A stretch of 64,000 nt of DNA from a virus. The notes beneath the pieces are model-generated. The model was not told where the DNA came from. It did no database searches and worked only from the letters and a program-made list of their open reading frames with translations. Numbering within the stretch: position 1 is the stretch's first letter; each line of letters opens with the position of its first letter. The stretch covers positions 32,001-96,000 of IMG/VR virus record IMGVR_UViG_3300036766_002288; one strand, 5' to 3'. Below are positions 46,380 to 55,687 of this stretch, one piece after another. Made by a program: the position numbers and the translations under genes.

Positions 46380-46910
46380 ATGAAATACACCAAGGAACTA
46401 CTTGAGGCCATAGTAAAAGAAAGCTTATCAGTAGCCCAAGTTATAAAGAAATTAGGACTAAAACAAGCTGGTGGTACGCATCATTACATTTCAAAAAAGC
46501 TTAAGTGCTTTGAAATTAATGTTGAGCATTTTACTGGACGCGCAAGTAACCACGGAGACATGCATAAAGGTGGCCCAGCTAAAAGAACGTGGCAAGAAAT
46601 ACTAGTTTTAAGAGAAGATGGTAAAAGACAAAGAGCATTTGTATTAAGACGTGCATTGATTGAATCTGGAAGCAATTACGAATGCAGTATATGTAATATT
46701 AAAGAATGGTTTGGCAAGACAATAATTCTAGAAGTAGACCATCTAAATGGCGATTATTGTGATGACAGAAAAGAAAATATAAGATTTATGTGCCCGAATT
46801 GTCATAGTCAATCACCTAAATATTGTGGCAGTAAGGGTTACACAACTATAACTAGCACTGCCAAATCGCAGAAAGAAAGAAGGAAGAGAGTACAGTTGGC
46901 CAAGTGGTGA
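46380..46910 (+). CDS. HNH homing endonuclease (paralogue of 39264)
   Basis: CSICNI...LEVDHLNGDYCDDRKENIRFMCPNCHSQ; stop lies inside downstream tRNA. Confidence 0.9.
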   Translation: MKYTKELLEAIVKESLSVAQVIKKLGLKQAGGTHHYISKKLKCFEINVEHFTGRASNHGDMHKGGPAKRTWQEILVLREDGKRQRAFVLRRALIESGSNYECSICNIKEWFGKTIILEVDHLNGDYCDDRKENIRFMCPNCHSQSPKYCGSKGYTTITSTAKSQKERRKRVQLAKW

Positions 46911-47001
46911 AATGGCATACACGCAGGTCTTATTGGTTAAACAACCAGCAATAGAAGCCTGTGCCCGTAAGGGCGTGCGGGTTCAAGTCCCGCCTTGGCC
47001 A
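46898..47001 (+). tRNA. tRNA-Leu (TAG if spliced) with 21-nt insertion in anticodon loop
   Basis: GGCCAAG/CTTGGCC-A, intact D/T/variable arms, CAGGT/GCCTG stem enclosing a 28-nt loop. Confidence 0.75.
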
Positions 47002-47005
47002 CTTT

Positions 47006-47341
47006 ATGAGTCGATACGGATTTGATTTAGATGGAACTCTTGATGTTCCTTCCATAGCACAACTCGCCAATGATTTATATGACGCAGGACACGAAATATA
47101 CATAGTCACAGGTGGGTTTGGCGATCATGGAGAATGGACAATTTCTGAGCGCGAAAAGAAATTAGCCAGACTTGGTGTTAAATACACAGAAATCATTCGT
47201 TGTTTAAAACCCTCTTTTGAAGAAATTGGTAAAGAGAAAGGTCGTATTTGCAAAGAAAGAAAAATTTCTTTGTTATTTGACGACTCAGAAACTTATATCC
47301 AGCAATCTAAAGGGGCGGTCCAATGTCTGAAAGTGATCTAA
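47006..47341 (+). CDS. small HAD-like hydrolase
   Basis: GFDLDGTLD and LLFDDSE motifs. Confidence 0.65.
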   Translation: MSRYGFDLDGTLDVPSIAQLANDLYDAGHEIYIVTGGFGDHGEWTISEREKKLARLGVKYTEIIRCLKPSFEEIGKEKGRICKERKISLLFDDSETYIQQSKGAVQCLKVI

Positions 47342-47553
47342 AACAACTTATTCTTGAAAAAGGCGGCGTAGCTGCCATTAAACATTACCGTGAAATCAAT
47401 AAATGCAATTTAAAAGAAGCAGTCCAAGCAATAGATTCACTTGGCCCATTGCCACGTATCTTTAAATCAACTACTCCATGTCCAGATTGTGGCAAATTGC
47501 TTAGAACAGATTTAGCAAAACAATGTTTTGAATGTGGAAAGGATTGGCATTAA
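47323..47553 (+). CDS. L7/L12-CTD-like motif plus Zn ribbon
   Basis: GGVAAIKHYREINKCNLKEAVQAID; CPDCG...CFECG. Confidence 0.55.
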   Translation: MSESDLKQLILEKGGVAAIKHYREINKCNLKEAVQAIDSLGPLPRIFKSTTPCPDCGKLLRTDLAKQCFECGKDWH

Positions 47554-47874
47554 ATGGAACTTCATGGTTCAGATTTAGTTTTTGAGAATGTGAAAGTACC
47601 AATTTCAGAAGATTTGGTTATACCTATAATCAAAACTCACTGGCCTGAGTTGGTCTACGAAGCAATGATGGAAAATGGTGATCTGCACTTGTTCATGCAC
47701 CCAAATCAACACGCTGAAGAATCTTGGGACGATGAAGGTTGGTCTGAAGAAAATGACATAACTTTGATTTACATGATTTGGGATGAATCGAAGGCTGAAC
47801 TGACTTTTGTGATTGACGATGAGAAGAAAAACAAGTATATCGTAGATGACATACAGAAAGGTCTTGGGTTCTAA
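47554..47874 (+). CDS. acidic hypothetical protein
   Basis: ORF track. Confidence 0.6.
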   Translation: MELHGSDLVFENVKVPISEDLVIPIIKTHWPELVYEAMMENGDLHLFMHPNQHAEESWDDEGWSEENDITLIYMIWDESKAELTFVIDDEKKNKYIVDDIQKGLGF

Positions 47875-47877
47875 ATC

Positions 47878-48315
47878 ATGCGATGGCTCTTACTTGCTTT
47901 ACTCTGCGTAGGTTGTGCAGAACTACCTTCTGCCAAAGAAAAAGAAGAAGAATTGCAAATACGTAAAAAAAGACACGATGCTGAGTGTGAGGAATGGCGG
48001 ACGAGAATTTTTGATGTAGTTAAGGTTTCGACGGAAGAAGATAAAAAATACACTGAGTCTATGCTGCATTGGTTGAATACTAATCTAGATGATCCTGATA
48101 TTGTTCAGTGGATTAGTAAGGAATACTCCAGATGCAAAAAGTATGGTACGTCAAAAACTGAAATTCTTGTAAAGATTAGGGTAATTGATAGTCAAGGGAT
48201 CAAAAAGATTCACGAGTATTATTTCATATTCGACTTTGACAAAATCCAAAATGCCTACCCCAGATATACTCACCCAAGAAAAATTACCATTATACCACCA
48301 CCCTACTTAGGTTAA
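47878..48315 (+). CDS. putative lipoprotein
   Basis: MRWLLLALLCVGC lipobox-like signal. Confidence 0.6.
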   Translation: MRWLLLALLCVGCAELPSAKEKEEELQIRKKRHDAECEEWRTRIFDVVKVSTEEDKKYTESMLHWLNTNLDDPDIVQWISKEYSRCKKYGTSKTEILVKIRVIDSQGIKKIHEYYFIFDFDKIQNAYPRYTHPRKITIIPPPYLG

Positions 48316-48316
48316 C

Positions 48317-48532
48317 ATGGTTGACTACGAAGGATTTCACCTTAATCAGGCAAGTGCTTTTCTCCAGTTTATCCGCACTGGCGAGAAGTTTGGGTATAGT
48401 AAATGTTGTGTATTTCAATTTGCATCTGACTCAATATCCGATAAATTGCCGTTTAAACTACGTGGTCTCATAAAAAGAGAAGATGGGAAAATCTACGTTC
48501 CATGTGACTCCTGTACAGGGTTAAGATTATGA
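48317..48532 (+). CDS. small hypothetical protein
   Basis: GYSKCC and VPCDSC motifs. Confidence 0.55.
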   Translation: MVDYEGFHLNQASAFLQFIRTGEKFGYSKCCVFQFASDSISDKLPFKLRGLIKREDGKIYVPCDSCTGLRL

Positions 48533-48750
48533 AAGATGCTGTAACCATCTACTATTGTGGTCAAGGTTGTATCTATCGGTGTCCAGAGTGCCATAAGGCG
48601 GATAGATTGCCCTATGACAGGCCACCTGCTACAAAAACATGTCGTTTTTGTGAAAAAGAATTTGAACTCATACAAGTAAGTTCAATGAACGATGAATTGT
48701 ATGGAGTCATTCAAGAAATTAATGCTCCTGATGCTTATTGGGAAGATTAA
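48529..48750 (+). CDS. small Zn-ribbon protein
   Basis: CPECH...CRFCE. Confidence 0.55.
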   Translation: MKDAVTIYYCGQGCIYRCPECHKADRLPYDRPPATKTCRFCEKEFELIQVSSMNDELYGVIQEINAPDAYWED

Positions 48751-48751
48751 T

Positions 48752-48919
48752 ATGTTTTGCTGGCTATTTGGACATACAATATACGTTGAAGATATGGGCG
48801 GCACTCTTATAGAATGCTGCGAGTGTTGTAATTGGGTTGGCAGATATGTAAATTACGATATAGAGGTTAAACATGAACGAGACCCTGATAAGGAAAGAAA
48901 AACTTCCGAAGGGACTTAG
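48752..48919 (+). CDS. small hypothetical protein MFCWLFGH...
   Basis: C-x-LFGH start typical of small phage ORFs. Confidence 0.5.
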   Translation: MFCWLFGHTIYVEDMGGTLIECCECCNWVGRYVNYDIEVKHERDPDKERKTSEGT

Positions 48920-49361
48920 CTATCCTTTACAGACACAGGATATTGTTAATGGATTACATACTGAGTCCTTGGCCATTTTTTACCGTTATGATTGTAGTAA
49001 CCCAGGAAAAATGAACAAATGGACTGTAATAGATTTATTTGACTTACATTGTTATCCTGATAAAACTAGGACTCTCGTAGGTAATAATTTTTCTATAGGT
49101 ATCACTTCAATCGAATCTAAGTTAAGGAAAAAATTTAGAGAAATACTGTGTAAGGAAGTGTTGCCACTTGCAAAGACATGGCAGGAATTGAACAACAAGG
49201 GAAAAAATTTATCTGTTCATTATCGAGTATTTCAGGATGACTATCTAGGTTATGGCGGCATATATATGGAAGAAAACCGATATGGGCCTAAAAAGAAAAT
49301 CTTATATCGGAATGATAGCTTTAACATAGATGAAGATTTAAAGGTGATTTATGAAAAATAA
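48873..49361 (+). CDS. hypothetical protein
   Basis: ORF track. Confidence 0.6.
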   Translation: MNETLIRKEKLPKGLSYPLQTQDIVNGLHTESLAIFYRYDCSNPGKMNKWTVIDLFDLHCYPDKTRTLVGNNFSIGITSIESKLRKKFREILCKEVLPLAKTWQELNNKGKNLSVHYRVFQDDYLGYGGIYMEENRYGPKKKILYRNDSFNIDEDLKVIYEK

Positions 49362-49369
49362 CAAACTCC

Positions 49370-49708
49370 GTGGGTGCGAGAAGCATAAGTTTTTCTCACA
49401 CTACGGAGGTTTCTATGAAAAGGTGGCACGAAGAGTATAATGTCTTTCATCGTCAGTGGAAGATACATCGCAAGTCTCACGTTGAGTCTAATAAGGACTC
49501 AAGTAGAAATCGTATTGGCAAAGACCCATACGAAGTCGATTGTAGTTGCGATGAGCAGGTAGGTCGTTTCAGGAAAATGGATGCTTGGGATTGTGGCAAT
49601 CCACACTGTCAGGTGTGCCATTACAACAAATATCCTAAACGGGAATTGACAAATGGTGAAGTAAAGTCTAACATCTCTTTCAAGGAACAGTTGAAGGAAA
49701 GAGATTAG
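49370..49708 (+). CDS. hypothetical Cys/His protein
   Basis: DCGNPHCQVCH motif. Confidence 0.6.
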   Translation: MGARSISFSHTTEVSMKRWHEEYNVFHRQWKIHRKSHVESNKDSSRNRIGKDPYEVDCSCDEQVGRFRKMDAWDCGNPHCQVCHYNKYPKRELTNGEVKSNISFKEQLKERD

Positions 49709-49713
49709 TTAGT

Positions 49714-49837
49714 GGCCGAATAGTCTAACGGTATGGCGGTAGAATTACATTACGTGGCTTTGGCTGAAAATGCCGATATTATAGTTTCCACATAATCCCT
49801 AATCTACAGATGGCGGGTTCAATTCCCTCTTCGGCCA
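49714..49837 (+). tRNA. tRNA with 52-nt insertion in anticodon loop (identity uncertain; Val(TAC) if spliced at 37/38)
   Basis: GGCCGAA/TTCGGCC-A; D-loop AACGGTA; GTAGA/TCTAC stem enclosing 59 nt; T-loop TTCAATT. Confidence 0.7.
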
Positions 49838-49850
49838 ATTAGGAGAATTT

Positions 49851-50039
49851 ATGACCCTTGAATACTTGCTATTTAGATTCTGTATGGCAACAGCCATATC
49901 TACAATATTCGTATTAACTTGTCTAATGGATAAGTTTCATGGTCCAGTGAGTGTAATTATTTTTACCTTGATAACCATAATGATGATTGTCAAGGCAGGA
50001 TTAGCTTATAATGACTTTCAAAGAAGAACTGACGTATAA
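49851..50039 (+). CDS. small membrane protein
   Basis: two hydrophobic segments; SD AGGAG. Confidence 0.55.
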   Translation: MTLEYLLFRFCMATAISTIFVLTCLMDKFHGPVSVIIFTLITIMMIVKAGLAYNDFQRRTDV

Positions 50040-50241
50040 AATAGAAGTATACCTTAAAGGTTGGATTACTATTAGGGAATTGAACGCTTGGCTTGCTCCA
50101 ACTGGCTGGGATATCCATTTGTGGGGCACGCCCGAGGAACAAGAGATGTGTTATTCCACTTCTCTATACATATGGGAATACAAATATTGGCCCATAAAAG
50201 AGTTTAGGGAGAAGTTAGCTAAGATAATTAACAAAAATTAG
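50011..50241 (+). CDS. small hypothetical protein
   Basis: ORF track. Confidence 0.55.
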   Translation: MTFKEELTYKIEVYLKGWITIRELNAWLAPTGWDIHLWGTPEEQEMCYSTSLYIWEYKYWPIKEFREKLAKIINKN

Positions 50242-53200
50242 GTCACGCATTTTCTAGTTATAGAAAGAATAATTTCCAAACTTACATCAGATACGCCACC
50301 TTTAAACGCCAGTCTAGTTATAGCTATAGTCTTAAACACTTGCGTTGTTCCTGCCTTAACTGATAAAACGGCATTTGGATTATCATTTATTTTAACTGAA
50401 ACGTCGTCCGTGCCATTGTTATTAATTTGGGTAAATTTAGAATACCCGCAATCTATAACAATGAAATTCGAAGCAAATGTATCAGTCGTCAAAACCATAT
50501 AGTCAGCATACACACGCTCAGGTGGTGGTTTACTTAGTATGTCCACAAACGCAATGGATGGCGGAAGTGCAAGTGTCGTAAAGTTGTCCCAATAATCACA
50601 ATCGGCAAACGTTGTATTGTCCACAGCTTCACGATTGATAAGATTAGCACCCGCATTATACATCGTTCTTTGCTTACTTGGCTGGAATATCTTACCTGTA
50701 ATCGGGTTTATGTCCAAATAACCCTGTTCTCCAACACGATTTAAATGTACATTATATAATCCACAAACAATTTCATTTGGAGTAGGCGGTGGAGGAGGTG
50801 GTGGAGAAGAAGCTGGATAAAATATCCTTACTAATCCACTGCCACCATTGCCACCATTGCCACCTCCACCACCTCCACCACCTCCACCTGCTGGAAAGCC
50901 ACTAAAACCATCTCCACCAGAGCCACTACCGCCTGGGCCACTAGGATAACCGCCACCGCTTATACCAGGACTTGTTCCTGAACCATCTCCCCCTGAACCT
51001 AATAAACCAGCACTGCCACCGCCCCCACCGCCAGCACCCGTTATACCATCGGCACCATTTCCACCACCGTTAGCTATATCTCCTATACCAGTGGGAGCGC
51101 CAGGAGCGCCAGAAGTTCCACTGGCATTACCGCCAGCTGGGGCAGTAAGTAATGGTGTAATACCATCTGTATCATAAAATACGGTAGTGCCACTTGAGGC
51201 AACAGTGATAAAATAAACTTCGCCAGGAACTACATCAATAGTAATTTGTGAAAAAGCACCACCACCGCCACCGCCACCGCCTGGACCACTTAAACCTGCA
51301 CCGCCAAGGCCACCATTGCCAGGAGTTCCGCTACCACCACCATTAGTGCCACCTGCGCCAGGAGAATCAGTAGTAGAATTACCACCGTTTCCACCAGCAC
51401 CAGCACCACCAGCGGCACCGCCACCGCCTGCACCACCACTACTGGTAGCACTACCGCCTGCACCACCACTATAATTAACATCTCCTGTACCATCAGCTGC
51501 GGAGCCACCTAGTCCCCCTGCCCCGCCGACTGCACCATTTCCCCCAAAAGCTTGGGCTAATGGAGTAATTCCGTTTGTATCAAAAAATGTAGAAGTACCG
51601 CCCGCGCCGCCTACGGTTCCGCCAGCACCTACTTGAATATTATAATCTTGGGAGCCTTCTAAGCCTACATCAAATGTCGTTGTAGCATACGCACCACCGC
51701 CACCACCGCCACCTGCTGCTCCACCACCGCCCCCACCGATAACTTCTACAGTTATGGTCCAGCTGCCAGGAGGTATAGTAACTATATTAGAGCCTGGAGT
51801 TGTAAAAGTAAAAATAATAGGTGGGTCAAACCCATCAGTATAAGAAACAATCACAATGCCAGTAGCCCCATTGCCAGAAGTTCCGCCAAAAGCAGCACCA
51901 CCGCCACCACCACCAACAACATTACCATTAGCGCCATCACTGCTACCTCCACCACTGCCAGAGCTACCAACACCGCCTGGACCAGTTCCTTGAACAATTA
52001 TGGAATTAATTCCAGGAGGAACAGTCCAAGTAGTTGAACTAACAATATTATTAAAATTTTGCGGGTTACTATTATTGGTTGTTATTTGTAATATGCCTTG
52101 TGCCCCAAGACCACCTGCCTGTATTGTGAATGGCGCGCCACCACCACCACCACCACCACCACCTGGGATGACGCCTGGAAGACCTATGGCCCCAGCAAGT
52201 CCACCACCGCCACCAGCACCAGGAATAAGACTACCGCCACCAACGGCGCTTCCGCCGTCGCCGCCAGCACCAGTATCCCCAGCGATACCAACGTTACCAC
52301 TAATGCCTGAAAACACTGAGGAATTACCTATTGAATAATATGCATTACCACCAGCACCAGGCAACGCCATTTGAGCTTGACTACCAACCGCAGCATAAAG
52401 TTTAAAATCGTTTAAAGTTATTGTTGGCAAATATGGTTCAGGAACATCAACAAATGCAGTTCCCCCAGAAGGTTGTGCAGGAACATACACTGAGTATGTT
52501 CTACCTGGGATAACAGATAGTATTGATTCAGCATAAGCTCCACCACCGCCGCCACCGCCGCCACTATTATTGTCACCACTAGCTCCACTACCACCATGAC
52601 CTATCGCTTGTATAGTAGCACCAGTTTGGTTTGCACCAGGAGTCCAAGTACGGGAACCTACCTGAGTAAACACCAATGGATTAGTAGGGTCAGCATAAGT
52701 TAATCTAATGAAACCTGGACCGCCAAGGACGCCGAGACCTGTAATACCGCCACCACCTCCACCACCGCCAAAACTATATCCATCTATATTAGCTGGGGGA
52801 AATCCGCCATTTAGACTTCCTGCTCCACCATTACCACCATTTTGGCCAGGATCGCCACCATATAAACCACCAATATTGTTAGTAGTAGTATGACCAATGC
52901 CAACTTCACCAGCAGAACCGCCACCACCTCCACCAATGCCGCCACTTTGATTAGCACCACCGCCGCCGTCGTATGTTATATCGCCTATAGAACTTGAGGC
53001 TAAACCGCCACCACCTCCTATAGTGCCAGCGGCATTAACACCAGCATCTGCTTTAACTAATTCATCAAGACCATTAGTATCATAGAAAATACTATTTGGA
53101 TTGCCACCAAACTGTCCAATATGAACAAAGTATGTTGCCCCCGAAGTTACAGCGACAGTTTTAGCAGCATAGGCACCGCCACCGCCGCCGCCACCACCAG

Positions 53201-54821
53201 AGCCGATTGTATCTCCATCGCCACCTAATCCACCTATTCCTACTGCCTCAACAACTACGGATGTGACTCCTATTGGCGCAGTCCAAGTAAAATCATAAGT
53301 ATAAAAATTGGTAAAATTTAATTGGACTATTGAAGTTGGTGGTGGAGGTGCTGGTGGGCCGTTATATAATAATTGCACAAGACCATTAGCACCTGCACCA
53401 CCTGGGAAGCCATTAGCACCCCCGCCGCCACCGCCGCCATTAGTGCCAGAATTGCCAGGCAGTCCTGCATTACCACCATTACCGCCCGTGCCAGCTAACG
53501 TACCAAAGAAAGAACCTGGATTTCCACCGAAACCACCTGTTATGTTGTTTGATGGTTGACCACCCCAAGTGCCGCCGATATATGTAGTACCACCACTGGC
53601 ACCACCGCCTGAGCCTGGAATGAATATATTACCAGTGCCACCACCGTTACCGCCTGGACTAATATAAGTGCCTGTACAATTTGCTGGTACAGCAACACAA
53701 CCACCTGTCCCACCTGTAGTAGGGTTCCCTGCTGCTGCACCGCCACCAGATTGCACTAGTGGTGTAATGCCATTAGTGTCGAAAAAAGTAGTTGAAGCAC
53801 CAGGATTACCAGGGGTTCCACCTACACCAACAGTAATATTATAAGTTAGACCTGGCGTGGTCGCTACTACTCTTTGTGAATAAGCACCACCTCCACCACC
53901 AGAGCCTCCAACACCGCCAGAACCTGTACCACCACCACCTCCACCACCAATTGTCTGTACTACTACAGAAGAAACACCTGGGGGTGCAACCCACGGAGTT
54001 GGGGGACCGCCACCACCAAAAGTTTCTGTTGTTGCGGTAGGAAAATATGTTAAACGAATAACACCTTGCGCACCACTTTCGCCAAGTGAATTAAAATGTT
54101 GACTTATTGCACCGCCGCCACCGCCACCACCATAAAAACTGCCTGGGGTTCCTGGTATGCCTGTAAGTGATCCTGGGCCACTACATGCTGGGAAAGCCCC
54201 CTCATATATTCCACCAGCGCCAGTTCCACCATCTCCACCTAAACTACCACCCTTTGAGCCGCCAGCACCGCCAATACCACCAAAATCACCCGAAACAGCG
54301 CCTCCATCTTGACCTACATGCCCTAATCCTGCATTATCTGCGGCACCACCACCGCCGCCGCCGCCTGGACCGATACAAGATGCACCACCTGTAGTGCCAC
54401 CACCACTTCCACCACTTCCACCACTTCTCCTAATATCACCTAGACAGTCTACATCAAGACCACCAGCACCAGCTGGCGGTCCTGTTCCAAAAGCATCGCC
54501 GCCACTATGACCTCCTACAGATACTACTTTAGGATTTGATGCTATGTCTGAAAAAACAGTGTAACCAAATGCCCCTGAACCACTACACCCGCCCCTGCCC
54601 GCATTTTTAAATCCATTATATACATCGCCTGGTATTACATCCACTACACTAGCACTATAAGCACCACCGCCGCCACCGCCACCGCTATTGGCACTGCTTA
54701 AATAAGAACCGCAACCACCACCACCACCAGGGCCAATACATTCAACAAAAACACTAATTACATTAGCTGGAACTGTCCACTGATCGGTTTCATCTGGAGT
54801 CGATAAAAGTAAAACTGTCAT
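50238..54821 (-). CDS. 1527-aa Gly-rich multi-repeat protein (tail fibre/adhesin-like)
   Basis: about seven units starting W-T-x-P-x-G-V-x-S-x-x-V and ending G-x-I-x-L-x-Y, poly-Pro linkers, non-repetitive C-terminal domain. Confidence 0.8.
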   Translation of the reverse strand: MTVLLLSTPDETDQWTVPANVISVFVECIGPGGGGGCGSYLSSANSGGGGGGGAYSASVVDVIPGDVYNGFKNAGRGGCSGSGAFGYTVFSDIASNPKVVSVGGHSGGDAFGTGPPAGAGGLDVDCLGDIRRSGGSGGSGGGTTGGASCIGPGGGGGGGAADNAGLGHVGQDGGAVSGDFGGIGGAGGSKGGSLGGDGGTGAGGIYEGAFPACSGPGSLTGIPGTPGSFYGGGGGGGAISQHFNSLGESGAQGVIRLTYFPTATTETFGGGGPPTPWVAPPGVSSVVVQTIGGGGGGGTGSGGVGGSGGGGGAYSQRVVATTPGLTYNITVGVGGTPGNPGASTTFFDTNGITPLVQSGGGAAAGNPTTGGTGGCVAVPANCTGTYISPGGNGGGTGNIFIPGSGGGASGGTTYIGGTWGGQPSNNITGGFGGNPGSFFGTLAGTGGNGGNAGLPGNSGTNGGGGGGGANGFPGGAGANGLVQLLYNGPPAPPPPTSIVQLNFTNFYTYDFTWTAPIGVTSVVVEAVGIGGLGGDGDTIGSGGGGGGGGAYAAKTVAVTSGATYFVHIGQFGGNPNSIFYDTNGLDELVKADAGVNAAGTIGGGGGLASSSIGDITYDGGGGANQSGGIGGGGGGSAGEVGIGHTTTNNIGGLYGGDPGQNGGNGGAGSLNGGFPPANIDGYSFGGGGGGGGITGLGVLGGPGFIRLTYADPTNPLVFTQVGSRTWTPGANQTGATIQAIGHGGSGASGDNNSGGGGGGGGAYAESILSVIPGRTYSVYVPAQPSGGTAFVDVPEPYLPTITLNDFKLYAAVGSQAQMALPGAGGNAYYSIGNSSVFSGISGNVGIAGDTGAGGDGGSAVGGGSLIPGAGGGGGLAGAIGLPGVIPGGGGGGGGGAPFTIQAGGLGAQGILQITTNNSNPQNFNNIVSSTTWTVPPGINSIIVQGTGPGGVGSSGSGGGSSDGANGNVVGGGGGGAAFGGTSGNGATGIVIVSYTDGFDPPIIFTFTTPGSNIVTIPPGSWTITVEVIGGGGGGAAGGGGGGGAYATTTFDVGLEGSQDYNIQVGAGGTVGGAGGTSTFFDTNGITPLAQAFGGNGAVGGAGGLGGSAADGTGDVNYSGGAGGSATSSGGAGGGGAAGGAGAGGNGGNSTTDSPGAGGTNGGGSGTPGNGGLGGAGLSGPGGGGGGGGAFSQITIDVVPGEVYFITVASSGTTVFYDTDGITPLLTAPAGGNASGTSGAPGAPTGIGDIANGGGNGADGITGAGGGGGGSAGLLGSGGDGSGTSPGISGGGYPSGPGGSGSGGDGFSGFPAGGGGGGGGGGNGGNGGSGLVRIFYPASSPPPPPPPTPNEIVCGLYNVHLNRVGEQGYLDINPITGKIFQPSKQRTMYNAGANLINREAVDNTTFADCDYWDNFTTLALPPSIAFVDILSKPPPERVYADYMVLTTDTFASNFIVIDCGYSKFTQINNNGTDDVSVKINDNPNAVLSVKAGTTQVFKTIAITRLAFKGGVSDVSLEIILSITRKCVT

Positions 54822-55056
54822 AAGGCTATTTATGGCAGCAATAACGTAAAATGGTGTTGATTTATTTTATTATTTGTGTTAACATTCAATGGGAACAAAA
54901 ATCCCAAGGCTTGGTTTCGCCACAAAAATTAATGCAAAAATTTTTGTAATCGAAAATCATAGTTTTCCAAGCAAATGACCACCAAATTCTGTATTTATCT
55001 GAATAGGCCCAGCCGAATGTCATGAATGTGAACATATATTATTTAGGTAAAATTTA

Positions 55057-55233
55057 ATGGAAATTACTCCTCAAGAAGGTGGATGTTGGTATTGTCATAA
55101 AAAAGATGAATTCCTAATATTCTCCCGCGAATTTGACACCTACCTCCACATTAAATGTTTGAAAAAAGCACTAGCTGACGATCCTAGAGATAGGGAAGCA
55201 AAGATAATGATGCGAGAGTTTGAATACGATTAA
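55057..55233 (+). CDS. 58-aa hypothetical protein (CWYCH...H..C)
   Basis: read manually; ATG 55057 to TAA 55231. Confidence 0.55.
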   Translation: MEITPQEGGCWYCHKKDEFLIFSREFDTYLHIKCLKKALADDPRDREAKIMMREFEYD

Positions 55234-55667
55234 CGATTGACGAAGAACGCTATATTGCCAGTCTTATCCTGGTAGAAATGAACACCACGTCCTGCACCCA
55301 TAGCATATTGCGCACTTGGTTGTAATGGTAATTCTCCAGTTTTGATTTTACGACTTATTGCTTGAACTAAGGCCGTATCTGGTAGATTTCTAAGTGTCCC
55401 ATTAGTTGGCATTCCAGGCATTTTACTTAAATAAGTCTTAATGCCAGTTTCAATGCTATTCATATCTTGATAACCTTGCTGCTGCTGCTGATATGGCTTG
55501 GCTTGTTGATTAGGCTGGCCTGCTTGGGGAGCTACATTTTTCTGTTGATTTTGGGCTTTCCAGAATCGTTGATAGGAAGGATTAGCCCACATTGCTGGGT
55601 CAACACCTTGGGGTGCTGGTTCACTTGTCATCATTTCAGCTTCTACAAAGTCTTTGAAACTTAACAT
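55230..55667 (-). CDS. Gln-rich hypothetical protein, N-terminus MLSFKDFVEAE
   Basis: ORF track; capsid-targeting-like start. Confidence 0.7.
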   Translation of the reverse strand: MLSFKDFVEAEMMTSEPAPQGVDPAMWANPSYQRFWKAQNQQKNVAPQAGQPNQQAKPYQQQQQGYQDMNSIETGIKTYLSKMPGMPTNGTLRNLPDTALVQAISRKIKTGELPLQPSAQYAMGAGRGVHFYQDKTGNIAFFVNR

Positions 55668-55687
55668 ATAACTTATATATATGTCAT

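Noticed and set aside
46929-49802. Archaeal bulge-helix-bulge splice motifs in the two interrupted tRNAs
   Set aside because: Manual pairing does not give a 4-bp helix flanked by 3-nt bulges on opposite strands at the required positions.
51290-54394. Several ORFs antisense or out-of-frame within the Gly-rich giant gene (also 45909-46175, 32919-33251)
   Set aside because: Shadow ORFs produced by GGN/CCN codon repetition; no RBS or independent features.
50238-54821. Diversity-generating retroelement target
   Set aside because: No reverse transcriptase and no TR/VR pair differing only at adenines seen in the window.
54835-55056. Possible replication origin or ncRNA in AT-rich gap
   Set aside because: No iterons or convincing stems; only very short ORFs; nothing supportable.
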